Both the position numbers and the translations under genes were made by a program. Below the pieces are notes generated by a model, which did no database searches, was not told where the DNA came from, and saw nothing but the letters and a program-made list of their open reading frames with translations. From sequence record OQ703618.1: 64,000 nucleotides of DNA; one strand, written 5' to 3'. Shown here piece after piece: positions 55,425-64,000 of this stretch (positions within the stretch are counted from its first letter, which is position 1; the number at the start of each line of letters is the position of its first letter). Origin of the DNA: Escherichia phage GADS24.

Positions 55425-56331
55425 TAATTACACTTGTTAATTTAGAAAGACCAGATTTTACAAAGTATGAATAAATCTTGCCTTTAGGTTGTGGTTTATA
55501 TGAGTTATAATACTCTATAATGGTTGAAGCAATATTATCAGGGATATAATCAAAATCAATGAGAACCAAATTTTCTTGATACCGTTTATATTCTTCAGCA
55601 CTTAATAATACTTCAGCTTGAGAACGGTCGTTAGCAATTGCTTCAATAATTGATGTTTTCATGCTCGGAGTTCGTTCACCATCAACTCTAGTAAACCAGA
55701 AGTCGCCACGAACTCGAACAGATGCAACACCATCCTTACGGTCGCCTTTAAGAATTTTAGTCATGCAATCAATTTCAGCAGAACCGTTCTTAATTTTAAC
55801 CCATTTTTTCTGTGGTGGCGACCACTGTTTAACGTTAGGATATTTATGTAATTGTGTAAAGTCACCATCTGATGCAACAATACATACCTTATGTCCAGCT
55901 AATGACAAATATTTGGTTAATACACCAATATGGTCATCCGCTTCATACTTGTCAATATCCATTACAACGTATGGCATGTATTTCTTAATCTCATCAACAA
56001 CTTGATGGAGTGCAGTAAAATATCCTTCCCAATCCCACTTTGAAGCTTCACGATCGGTTTTACGATTTTTCTTGTAATAGTAAGCAAAGTCACGACGCCA
56101 ATAACCTGAAGTAGCATTATCCATACACAATACAAATTTTGTATAGCCTTGCTTACGGAACATCACTACGTTTTTACGAATTGAATTCAAGATTACATGG
56201 CGAACCATCGGAACAGTAATTTTATCGCCATCTTCAAAGTTGTTTAATGCAGCTGCCAATGCAATGTTACTAAAGTCGGCAAGTGCAATACCTTCTTTGT
56301 AATCTTCATCCAACATCATTTCTAAATCCAT
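55414..56331 (-). CDS. rnh: RNase H (5'-3' exonuclease / flap endonuclease)
   Basis: 305 aa, same length as T4 RNase H. Confidence 0.9.
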   Translation of the reverse strand: MDLEMMLDEDYKEGIALADFSNIALAAALNNFEDGDKITVPMVRHVILNSIRKNVVMFRKQGYTKFVLCMDNATSGYWRRDFAYYYKKNRKTDREASKWDWEGYFTALHQVVDEIKKYMPYVVMDIDKYEADDHIGVLTKYLSLAGHKVCIVASDGDFTQLHKYPNVKQWSPPQKKWVKIKNGSAEIDCMTKILKGDRKDGVASVRVRGDFWFTRVDGERTPSMKTSIIEAIANDRSQAEVLLSAEEYKRYQENLVLIDFDYIPDNIASTIIEYYNSYKPQPKGKIYSYFVKSGLSKLTSVINEF

Positions 56332-56361
56332 ATGAACCTCTTGTTCAGTTAGTCAACTTGT

Positions 56362-56393
56362 CTATAGTAACATACTCATTTGAAAGCGTAAAC
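56362..56393 (-). promoter_or_regulatory. Early-type promoter upstream of rnh
   Basis: GTTTAC / TGTTACTATAG; sits back-to-back with the gene 34 late promoter. Confidence 0.55.
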
Positions 56394-56396
56394 TGG

Positions 56397-56404
56397 TATA
56401 AATA
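56397..56404 (+). promoter_or_regulatory. Late promoter TATAAATA for gene 34
   Basis: Exact motif about 30 nt upstream of the gene 34 ATG. Confidence 0.75.
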
Positions 56405-56435
56405 AGTATTATTGAAACAATAAAGGAAAAAACGA

Positions 56436-59400
56436 ATGGCCGACATCAAACGTAAGTTCAGAGCCGAAGACGGTCTGGACGCCGGTGGCGACAAGATTGT
56501 TAACGTAGCATTAGCCGACCGTACAGTAGGTACTGATGGCGTAAACGTTGACTTCCTGGTACAAGAAAACACCGTTCAAGTATATGATTCTACGCGTGGA
56601 TATAACAAAGGATTTGTTGTTCTTTATGACAACCGTTTATATCAAGCAATAAATGATATCGTGTCTCCTTCCGGGGCATTTAACCTTTTACAATGGCGTG
56701 CAGTTCGTACCGATGCACAATGGATAACTGTCGCTTCTGGGACTTATCAACTTTCTTCAGGTGAATCGATTTCGGTTAACACTGGTGCCGGCAATGATAT
56801 GGTTTTCACGTTGCCAAATGCGCCGGTTGATGGTGATACTGTTGTTTTGGCTGATATTGGTGGAAGAACCGGTACAGTTAAAGTACAGATTAACGCGTCT
56901 GTGCAGAGTATTTTAAACTTTAGAGGTGAACAAGTTCGTACAGTTTTAATGACGCGTCCGCGTTCACAACTATTGTTTGTGTTTAGTAATCGTTTGTGGC
57001 AGATGTATATTACCGATTATGGTAAAGAATCAATCACTGTTACACCTGCGGCACCATATCAAGCACAAGCAAATGATTTTATCGTTCGTCGTTTTACTAG
57101 TGCAGCACCAATCAACATTACACTTCCACGTAATGCTAACAATGGTGATATAATCAGCCTAGTCGATTTAGATGGATTAAACCCACTGTATCATACAATT
57201 GTTAAAACATTTGATGATACAACGTCTATTGGCGAAGTCGGGACTCATATTGCCGAAGGCAGAAATGACTCTGACGCGTTTTTTGTTTTTGATGCTGCAA
57301 GTAGTTTATGGCGTATATGTGAAGGCGACCAGAAATCGCGTCTTCGTATTATCCGTGCGGATTCAAATATTCGTCCAAATGAAGAAGTTCTTATTTTTGG
57401 CACAAATAACGCTACAACCGGAACTATTAATCTTACGCTGCCTACCGGAATTTTGAGTGGTGACACTGTTAAAATTTCAATGAACTACATGCGTAAAGGC
57501 CAAACAGTAAAAATTAAAGCTGCCGAAGGTGATACAATTGCTTCTTCTGTTGCATTGCTTCAGTTCCCTAAACGTTCTGAATATCCACCTGATGCTCAAT
57601 GGGTCTCTGTTACTGAACTAGAATTCAATGGCACTACTTCATATGTTCCTGTATTAGAATTAGCGTATATCGAAGACACCGATTCTGACACTCATTATTG
57701 GGTTGTGCAACAGAATGTCCCTACGGTAGAACGTGTTGATGCTGGATCTGATGCTACACGAGCTCGTTTAGGTGTTATTGCTCTTGCTACTCAAGCGCAA
57801 GCAAATGTTGATTTAGAGAATACTCCAGCTAAAGAAGTTGCTATTACTCCTGAAACGTTGGCAAATCGTACAGCAACTGAATCTCGACGTGGTATCGCCA
57901 AAATTGCTACAACAGCGCAAGTTAACCAGAATTCCACAGCATCATTTGTGGACGATACTATTGTTACGCCTAAAAAACTAAATGAGCGTACAGCAACTGA
58001 AACTCGTCGCGGTCTTGCTGAAATTGCTACTCAGACTGAAACCGATGCTGGTCTTGATGACACAACGATTATTACACCTAAGAAATTGCAGGCACGCCAG
58101 GGTTCTGAAACGCTGTCTGGTATAGTTAAATATGTATCAACTACTTCTGCTACTCCTGCTGAAACTCGTGGTGCCGCAGGCACTAATGTTTATAATAAAA
58201 CCATAAATAATTTAACTATTTCTCCTAAAGCCCTTGACCAATATAAAGCAACTTATGCTCAACAAGGTGCGGTAATTTTAGCTGTTGATAGTGAAGTAAT
58301 TGCTGGTCAATCACAAGCAGGTTATTCTCACGCTGTAGTAACTCCTGAAACACTACATAAGAAAACTTCTACTGATGGACGTATTGGTTTAATTGAAATT
58401 GCTACGCAAGCAGAAACTAATGCTGGGACTGATTATACACGTGCAGTAACGCCTAAGACGTTAAATGATAGGAGAGCGACGGAAGGATTATCCGGCATAG
58501 CCGAAATTGCTACGCAAGTTGAATTTGATACTGGAACTGATGATACTCGTATCTCGACTCCACTGAAAATTAAAACTCATTTTGATTCTTCTGACCGTAC
58601 CAGTGTTAATTCTGATTCCGGACTTATTGAAGAAGGAACCTTGTGGAACCATTATACTCTTGATATTTCTAAAGCAAATGAAACACAACGTGGTACACTT
58701 CGCGTAGCGACCCAGGCAGAATCTAATGCAGGAACTTTAGATGATGTTCTTATTACTCCTAAAAAGCTTTTAGGGACTAAGTCCACTGAAACGTCTGAAG
58801 GCGTAATTAAGGTTGCTACTCAGGCTGAAACTGTAACAGGAACGTCAGCAAATACTGCTGTATCTCCTAAGAATTTAAAATGGATTGTCCAGTCTGAACC
58901 AACATGGGCTGCTACTACGGCGATAAGAGGTTTTGTTAAAACTTCATCTGGTTCAATTACATTCGTTGGTAATGATACAGTCGGTTCTACACAGAACTTA
59001 GAGCTATACGAGAAAAATAGCTATGCAGTATCACCATATGAATTAAACCGTGTACTTGCTAACTATTTGCCATTAAAAGCAAAAGCTGCTGACGCAAATT
59101 TATTAGATGGCCTAGATTCATCTCAGTTCATTCGTAGGGACATTGCACAGACGGTTAATGGTTCACTAACCTTAACCCAACAAACGAATCTGAGTGCCCC
59201 TCTTGTATCATCTAGTACCGCTACGTTTGGTGGATCAGTTTCGGCAAATAGTACATTAACTATTTCTAATACTGGAACGGCAACTCGTCTGATTTTTGAA
59301 AAAGGACCTCAGACTGGAACTAACCCAGTACAGACGATGACTATCAGAGTTTGGGGAAATCAGTTTGGTGGTGGTTCAGATACAACACGTTCTACCGTAT

Positions 59401-60311
59401 TTGAAGTTGGCGATGAAACGTCTAATCACTTTTATTCTCAACGTAATAAAGCTGGTAATATAACGTTTAGCATTAATGGTACTGTAATGCCAATAAATGT
59501 TAACGCTTCGGGTTCATTGAATGCGAATGGCGTAGCAACATTTGGTAGTTCAGTTACTGCTAATGGCGAATTCATCAGCAAGTCTGCAAATGCTTTCAGA
59601 GCAATAAACGGTGATTACGGATTCTTTATTCGTAATGATGCTGCTAATACCTATTTTATGCTCACTGCATCAGGTGATCAGACTGGCGGATTTAATGGAT
59701 TACGTCCTTTAGCTATTAATAACGCATCTGGTCAAGTAACGATTGGTGAAAGCTTAATCATCGCCAAAGGTGCTACTATAAATTCAGGTGGTTTAACTGT
59801 TAACTCGAGAATTCGTTCTCAGGGTACTAAAACATCTGATTTATATACCCGTGCACCAACATCTGATACTGTAGGATTCTGGTCAATAGATATTAACGAT
59901 TCAGCCACTTATAACCAGTTCCCAGGTTATTTTAAAATGGTTGAAAAAACTAATGAAGTGACTGGACTTCCATACTTAGAACGTGGTGAAGAAGTTAAAT
60001 CTCCTGGTACATTGACTCAGTTTGGTAATACGCTTGATTCGCTTTACCAAGATTGGATTACTTATCCAACAACTCCGGAAGCACGTACCACTCGCTGGAC
60101 ACGTACATGGCAGAAAACTAAAAATTCTTGGTCAAGTTTTGTTCAGGTATTTGATGGTGGAAACCCTCCTCAACCTTCTGATATTGGCGCTTTACCTTCT
60201 GATAATGCAACAATCGGAAACTTGACAATAAGGGATTTCTTAAGGATTGGTAATGTCCGCATTATTCCAGACCCTGTGAATAAATCTGTTAAATTCGAGT
60301 GGATTGAATAA
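56436..60311 (+). CDS. 34: Long tail fibre proximal subunit
   Basis: 1291 aa (T4 gp34 1289 aa); late promoter upstream; internal repeated motifs. Confidence 0.95.
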   Translation: MADIKRKFRAEDGLDAGGDKIVNVALADRTVGTDGVNVDFLVQENTVQVYDSTRGYNKGFVVLYDNRLYQAINDIVSPSGAFNLLQWRAVRTDAQWITVASGTYQLSSGESISVNTGAGNDMVFTLPNAPVDGDTVVLADIGGRTGTVKVQINASVQSILNFRGEQVRTVLMTRPRSQLLFVFSNRLWQMYITDYGKESITVTPAAPYQAQANDFIVRRFTSAAPINITLPRNANNGDIISLVDLDGLNPLYHTIVKTFDDTTSIGEVGTHIAEGRNDSDAFFVFDAASSLWRICEGDQKSRLRIIRADSNIRPNEEVLIFGTNNATTGTINLTLPTGILSGDTVKISMNYMRKGQTVKIKAAEGDTIASSVALLQFPKRSEYPPDAQWVSVTELEFNGTTSYVPVLELAYIEDTDSDTHYWVVQQNVPTVERVDAGSDATRARLGVIALATQAQANVDLENTPAKEVAITPETLANRTATESRRGIAKIATTAQVNQNSTASFVDDTIVTPKKLNERTATETRRGLAEIATQTETDAGLDDTTIITPKKLQARQGSETLSGIVKYVSTTSATPAETRGAAGTNVYNKTINNLTISPKALDQYKATYAQQGAVILAVDSEVIAGQSQAGYSHAVVTPETLHKKTSTDGRIGLIEIATQAETNAGTDYTRAVTPKTLNDRRATEGLSGIAEIATQVEFDTGTDDTRISTPLKIKTHFDSSDRTSVNSDSGLIEEGTLWNHYTLDISKANETQRGTLRVATQAESNAGTLDDVLITPKKLLGTKSTETSEGVIKVATQAETVTGTSANTAVSPKNLKWIVQSEPTWAATTAIRGFVKTSSGSITFVGNDTVGSTQNLELYEKNSYAVSPYELNRVLANYLPLKAKAADANLLDGLDSSQFIRRDIAQTVNGSLTLTQQTNLSAPLVSSSTATFGGSVSANSTLTISNTGTATRLIFEKGPQTGTNPVQTMTIRVWGNQFGGGSDTTRSTVFEVGDETSNHFYSQRNKAGNITFSINGTVMPINVNASGSLNANGVATFGSSVTANGEFISKSANAFRAINGDYGFFIRNDAANTYFMLTASGDQTGGFNGLRPLAINNASGQVTIGESLIIAKGATINSGGLTVNSRIRSQGTKTSDLYTRAPTSDTVGFWSIDINDSATYNQFPGYFKMVEKTNEVTGLPYLERGEEVKSPGTLTQFGNTLDSLYQDWITYPTTPEARTTRWTRTWQKTKNSWSSFVQVFDGGNPPQPSDIGALPSDNATIGNLTIRDFLRIGNVRIIPDPVNKSVKFEWIE
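57860..58880 (+). repeat. About seven tandem degenerate copies of a 33-45 aa motif inside gene 34 (consensus T-E-x-R-R-G-I/L-A-E-I-A-T-Q-A-E-T-N-A-G-x-D-D-T...TPKKL)
   Basis: Repeats visible in the gp34 translation: RGIAKIATTAQ, RGLAEIATQTE, GLIEIATQAE, GIAEIATQVE, GTLRVATQAE, GVIKVATQAE. Confidence 0.8.
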
Positions 60312-60319
60312 GAGGTATT

Positions 60320-61447
60320 ATGGAAAAATTTATGGCTAAGTTTGGACAAGGATACGTCCAAACGCCATTTTTATCGGAAAGCAATTCAGTACGATTTAAA
60401 TTAAGCATAGCGGGATCTTGCCCGCTATCAACATCTCCTGCTTATATTAAGTTTCAAGATAATCCACTTGGGTCCCAGGTTTTTTCCGTTGGATTAAACG
60501 TTCGTGTAATAAATCCTACAACAGGTGCAGTAGTTGAATCTAAGTCATATAATTTCTCTACTGAAAACGACGCCACGTCAAGTGCATTTGTTACTTACAT
60601 GGACACATATGCTTCAAATTTTATATTTGCTCTTGTTACTAACGCTAAAACAAACTTTCCACCTGAAGTTCTCGCATGGTTTACTAAAGCTGGGAGTTCT
60701 GTTATTCCATTAGCTCAACAAGTTTTAAATATAGTGGACATTTCTTATTCAGCATTTTATATTTCTGGTAAGAATGCTATAGCACTAGAACATATTAAGT
60801 ATAGTAATAAGAAAACTTCAACCGACTATAGTACACCACTTGATGTTGTGTACGACACGATTGATGATATTGGTGCTACCGGCTTCCCTAGACGTACGTA
60901 TGAATCGTCAGACACATTTTTATCTGCTGTTGGAGGTACTAATAATGAAATTAAAAGGATGCCTACAACATCCATTATTACACCTCTCGCTGGGTATAAA
61001 TTGAAGCCTGGAGATTTCCTTTATATGAAATTCCAACTAATGGCCGATGCTGATTTGTTAGCACAAGGGACGACACGACTTTCTATTCGTTTCTTTAAAT
61101 CTCCTTCTACTTCACCTATTTCATTTAAGGATATAAACTTTGATGGGGGCGCAGGTGAATGGAAGATATATGAAGACTACATAGAAATTCCTGGTGGTGC
61201 TGATGGGTTCACGATTTATTGTTATCGTACGGCTCCAGTCGGGCAAGGTGGATTAAGAAACGTTATATTCACTGAAGTATCATGTAATGGAAGCGTTTCA
61301 AAACCTGCCGAGTTTGGTATAAATGGTATTCGTGTAAATTACGTTTCAGAATCTTTAAGTGCTCCAGACATAATGACATTACCTACTCAATCTTCAACCG
61401 ATACTGGTAAGGTATTTGGTCAAGAATTTAAAGAAGCATCAGAATAA
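60320..61447 (+). CDS. 35: Long tail fibre hinge connector
   Basis: 375 aa, T4 synteny. Confidence 0.9.
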   Translation: MEKFMAKFGQGYVQTPFLSESNSVRFKLSIAGSCPLSTSPAYIKFQDNPLGSQVFSVGLNVRVINPTTGAVVESKSYNFSTENDATSSAFVTYMDTYASNFIFALVTNAKTNFPPEVLAWFTKAGSSVIPLAQQVLNIVDISYSAFYISGKNAIALEHIKYSNKKTSTDYSTPLDVVYDTIDDIGATGFPRRTYESSDTFLSAVGGTNNEIKRMPTTSIITPLAGYKLKPGDFLYMKFQLMADADLLAQGTTRLSIRFFKSPSTSPISFKDINFDGGAGEWKIYEDYIEIPGGADGFTIYCYRTAPVGQGGLRNVIFTEVSCNGSVSKPAEFGINGIRVNYVSESLSAPDIMTLPTQSSTDTGKVFGQEFKEASE

Positions 61448-61452
61448 ATTTA

Positions 61453-61470
61453 GGGAGACTTCGGTCTCCC
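61453..61470 (+). terminator. Hairpin GGGAGAC-UUCG-GUCUCCC after gene 35
   Basis: Identical 18-mer followed by a T-run. Confidence 0.7.
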
Positions 61471-61477
61471 ATTTTTG

Positions 61478-61485
61478 TATAAATA
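61478..61485 (+). promoter_or_regulatory. Late promoter TATAAATA for gene 36
   Basis: Exact motif after the hairpin terminator and before gene 36. Confidence 0.75.
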
Positions 61486-61509
61486 TGGTATACATATAAG
61501 GAGACAACT

Positions 61510-62172
61510 ATGGCCGATTTAAAAGCTGGTAGTACAACTGGCGGTGCTGTCATATGGCATCAAGGTAATTTCCCTTTAATGCCAGCAGGTGATGACGTCC
61601 TGTATAAAACGTTTAAACTCTATTCAGAATATAATAAACCACAAGCTGCTGATAACGATTTCGTTTCTAAAGCTAATGGTGGTACTTACGCTGCAACTGT
61701 TCGATTTAATGGAGGCGTACATGTTCCTACTGTAGGTAGTAGTCAACAATGCGGTGTTTATCCAGGTAACGGTGATGCAGCTACTTTTGCTATGGCAAAT
61801 ATTGACATCGTTTCGTGGAATGGTATTGGTTTTAAGTCATCACAAGGTTCAGCCGACCGAACTGTTGTAATTAATGCACGTAATGGTGATATTAGTACAA
61901 AAGGCGTTGTGTCAGCAGTAGGTCAAATAAGAAGTAATGCAGTTGCTCCAGTTGCAGCAAATGATCTCACAAGAAAAGATTATGTTGATGGACGAATAAA
62001 TATTGTTACGGATAACGCAAATTCTCGTGTATTGCGTAAAGGCGATACCATGACTGGTACTTTAACAGCACCAAACTTTTTCTCACAGAATCCGGCGTCT
62101 GAGGCTAATCATGTTCCTCGTTTCGACCAGATTGTAATTAAGGATTCTGTTCAAGATTTCGGCTATTATTAA
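61510..62172 (+). CDS. 36: Long tail fibre distal connector subunit
   Basis: 220 aa; late promoter upstream. Confidence 0.9.
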   Translation: MADLKAGSTTGGAVIWHQGNFPLMPAGDDVLYKTFKLYSEYNKPQAADNDFVSKANGGTYAATVRFNGGVHVPTVGSSQQCGVYPGNGDAATFAMANIDIVSWNGIGFKSSQGSADRTVVINARNGDISTKGVVSAVGQIRSNAVAPVAANDLTRKDYVDGRINIVTDNANSRVLRKGDTMTGTLTAPNFFSQNPASEANHVPRFDQIVIKDSVQDFGYY

Positions 62173-62180
62173 GAGGACTT

Positions 62181-64000
62181 ATGGCTACTTTAAAACAAAT
62201 ACAATTTAAAAGAAGCAAAATCGCAGGTGCCCGTCCTGCTGCTTCAGTATTAGCCGAAGGTGAATTGGCTATAAACTTAAAAGATAGAACAATTTTTACT
62301 AAAGACGATTCAGGAAATATCATCGATTTAAGCATTTCCGCTGGCGGTAATATCAGTGGAAATGTAACTATTGACGGAACTTTACGCGTCAATGGACCAA
62401 TAAACAATTTTGGAAATTTTTCCACAAGTGGCCAGATTACCGCTGGTAGTAGTATTTCAGCTCAAGTTTTTAGAGCATTGCAAGGTTCATTTTATACAAG
62501 AGCAACAAACGATACTGCAAATGCCCATCTTTGGTTTGAAAATACAAATGGATCGGAGAGAGGTGTTTTATATTCAAAACCACAGTCTGAAAATGAAGGC
62601 GTAATTACAATGCGTGTTCGCCAAGGAACCGCAGCAGGGGCTCAAAATTCAGAATTTCATTTCATTTCTACTGATGGTGGTATTTTCCAGGCACGCAAGT
62701 TAACTGCTTTAACTTCTATTAGTACACCAACTATTAGTGTTAATTTAATTAATCACGATTCTAAAGCCTTTGGACAATATGATTCTCAATCTTTGGTCAA
62801 CTATGTTTATCCTGGCACCGGTGAAACGAATGGTGTAAACTATCTTCGTAAAGTTCGTGCTAAATCCGGTGGCACTATGTGGCATGAGCTTTGTACTGCT
62901 CAGACAGGGCAAGCTGATGAAATGTCTTGGTGGACAGGTAATACCCCACAGTCAAAACAGTATGGTATTCGTAACGATGGTCGAATAGCTGGACGTAATA
63001 GCCTTGCATTAGGTACATTCACTACAGATTTCCCGTCTAGTGATTATGGTAACGTCGGTGTAATGGGCGATAAGTATCTTGTTCTCGGTGACACTGTAAC
63101 TGGCTTGTCATACAAAAAAACTGGTGTATTTGATCTAGTTGGTGGTGGATATTCTGTTGCTTCTATTACTCCTGACAGTTTCCGTAGTACTCGTAAAGGT
63201 ATATTTGGACGCTCAGAAGATCAAGGTACAACATGGATTATGCCTGGAACGAACGTTGCATTTTTATCAGTTCAAACCCAAGCTGATGAAAACACTGCTG
63301 GAGACGGTCAGACACATATTGGCTATAACTCAGGCGGAAAAATGAACCACTATTTCCGTGGTAAAGGCAAAACTAATATTAATACTCAAGAAGGCGTGGA
63401 AGTTAACCCGGGTATTTTGAAATTGGTAACTGGCTCGAATAATGTAATGTTTTATGCTGATGGCGGTATTACATCTGTTAAGCAGCTTTCAATATATAAC
63501 GGAATATATTTAGCAGCTAATAATTCTACTGCTGGGCTAACATTCGCTCCAACTACTACAGTTGATGGCACTAAGCAAATTTTGTGGGAAGGTGGTACTC
63601 GTGCTGGGCAGAATAAAAGCTATGTAACTGTTAAAGCGTGGGGTAATTCATTTAATGCATCTGGTGATCGTAATCGTGAAACAGTTTTTGAAGTAGCTGA
63701 CGGACAAGGTTATTATTTTTATTCCCAACGCGTAGCCCCAAGCGGCTCCGAAACTACTGGTCCTGTTGTAACCCAGTTTGCTGGAGCTGTTAATGCTAGA
63801 GGAAGTATTATTACTGACGGAAGTTTTAAAGTTAATGGATTAAGCACTTTAGTCGGTAATGTTACCATGTCTAATGGTTTGTTTGTTCAAGGTGGTTCTT
63901 CTATTACTGGACAAGTTAAAATTGGTGGAACAGCTGATGCATTAAGAATTTGGAATGCTGAATACGGGGCTATTTTCCGTCGTTCTGAAGATAAGCTTTA
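62181..64000 (+). CDS. 37: Long tail fibre distal subunit, N-terminal part (3' end beyond window)
   Basis: Open frame from ATG at 62181 to the window end; N-terminus [16 protein letters not shown] matches my recollection of T4 gp37; absent from the ORF track because no stop is reached. Confidence 0.92.
   Translation, partial: MATLKQIQFKRSKIAGARPAASVLAEGELAINLKDRTIFTKDDSGNIIDLSISAGGNISGNVTIDGTLRVNGPINNFGNFSTSGQITAGSSISAQVFRALQGSFYTRATNDTANAHLWFENTNGSERGVLYSKPQSENEGVITMRVRQGTAAGAQNSEFHFISTDGGIFQARKLTALTSISTPTISVNLINHDSKAFGQYDSQSLVNYVYPGTGETNGVNYLRKVRAKSGGTMWHELCTAQTGQADEMSWWTGNTPQSKQYGIRNDGRIAGRNSLALGTFTTDFPSSDYGNVGVMGDKYLVLGDTVTGLSYKKTGVFDLVGGGYSVASITPDSFRSTRKGIFGRSEDQGTTWIMPGTNVAFLSVQTQADENTAGDGQTHIGYNSGGKMNHYFRGKGKTNINTQEGVEVNPGILKLVTGSNNVMFYADGGITSVKQLSIYNGIYLAANNSTAGLTFAPTTTVDGTKQILWEGGTRAGQNKSYVTVKAWGNSFNASGDRNRETVFEVADGQGYYFYSQRVAPSGSETTGPVVTQFAGAVNARGSIITDGSFKVNGLSTLVGNVTMSNGLFVQGGSSITGQVKIGGTADALRIWNAEYGAIFRRSEDKL

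Overview
This window reads as a contiguous segment of a T4-like (Tequatrovirus-type) myovirus genome, with gene order and protein sequences matching phage T4 almost gene for gene. All identifications are by eye from the supplied ORF translations and my recollection of T4 proteins; no database search was run. Plus-strand late morphogenesis genes run 12 (3' part), wac, 13-24, then a minus-strand block (rnlB, hoc, inh), uvsW/uvsW.1, the uvsY/25/26 minus block, baseplate hub genes 51/27/28/29/48/54, a long minus-strand early/middle region (alt, DNA ligase 30, the 30.x genes, rIII, 31, cd, pseT, spanins, alc, rnlA, denA, nrdB, nrdA, td, frd, 32, 59, 33, dsbA, rnh), and finally long tail fiber genes 34-36 plus the 5' part of 37. 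Regulatory signals are dense and readable: TATAAATA late promoters, a repeated early-promoter family before minus-strand genes, MotA-box middle promoters, and many GC-stem tetraloop hairpins. Relative to T4 as I recall it, the window has no seg homing endonuclease genes, and td and nrdB are uninterrupted by introns. The most interesting accessory content is: (1) a 330-aa AroH-like DAHP synthase between cd and pseT; (2) an 89-aa antisense gene with its own early promoter between capsid genes 23 and 24; (3) a 365-bp GC-enriched non-coding gap next to rIII; (4) a NADAR/YbiA-like protein about 3 kb from the Alt ADP-ribosyltransferase. No CRISPR arrays, tRNAs, rRNAs or transposable elements were recognised.
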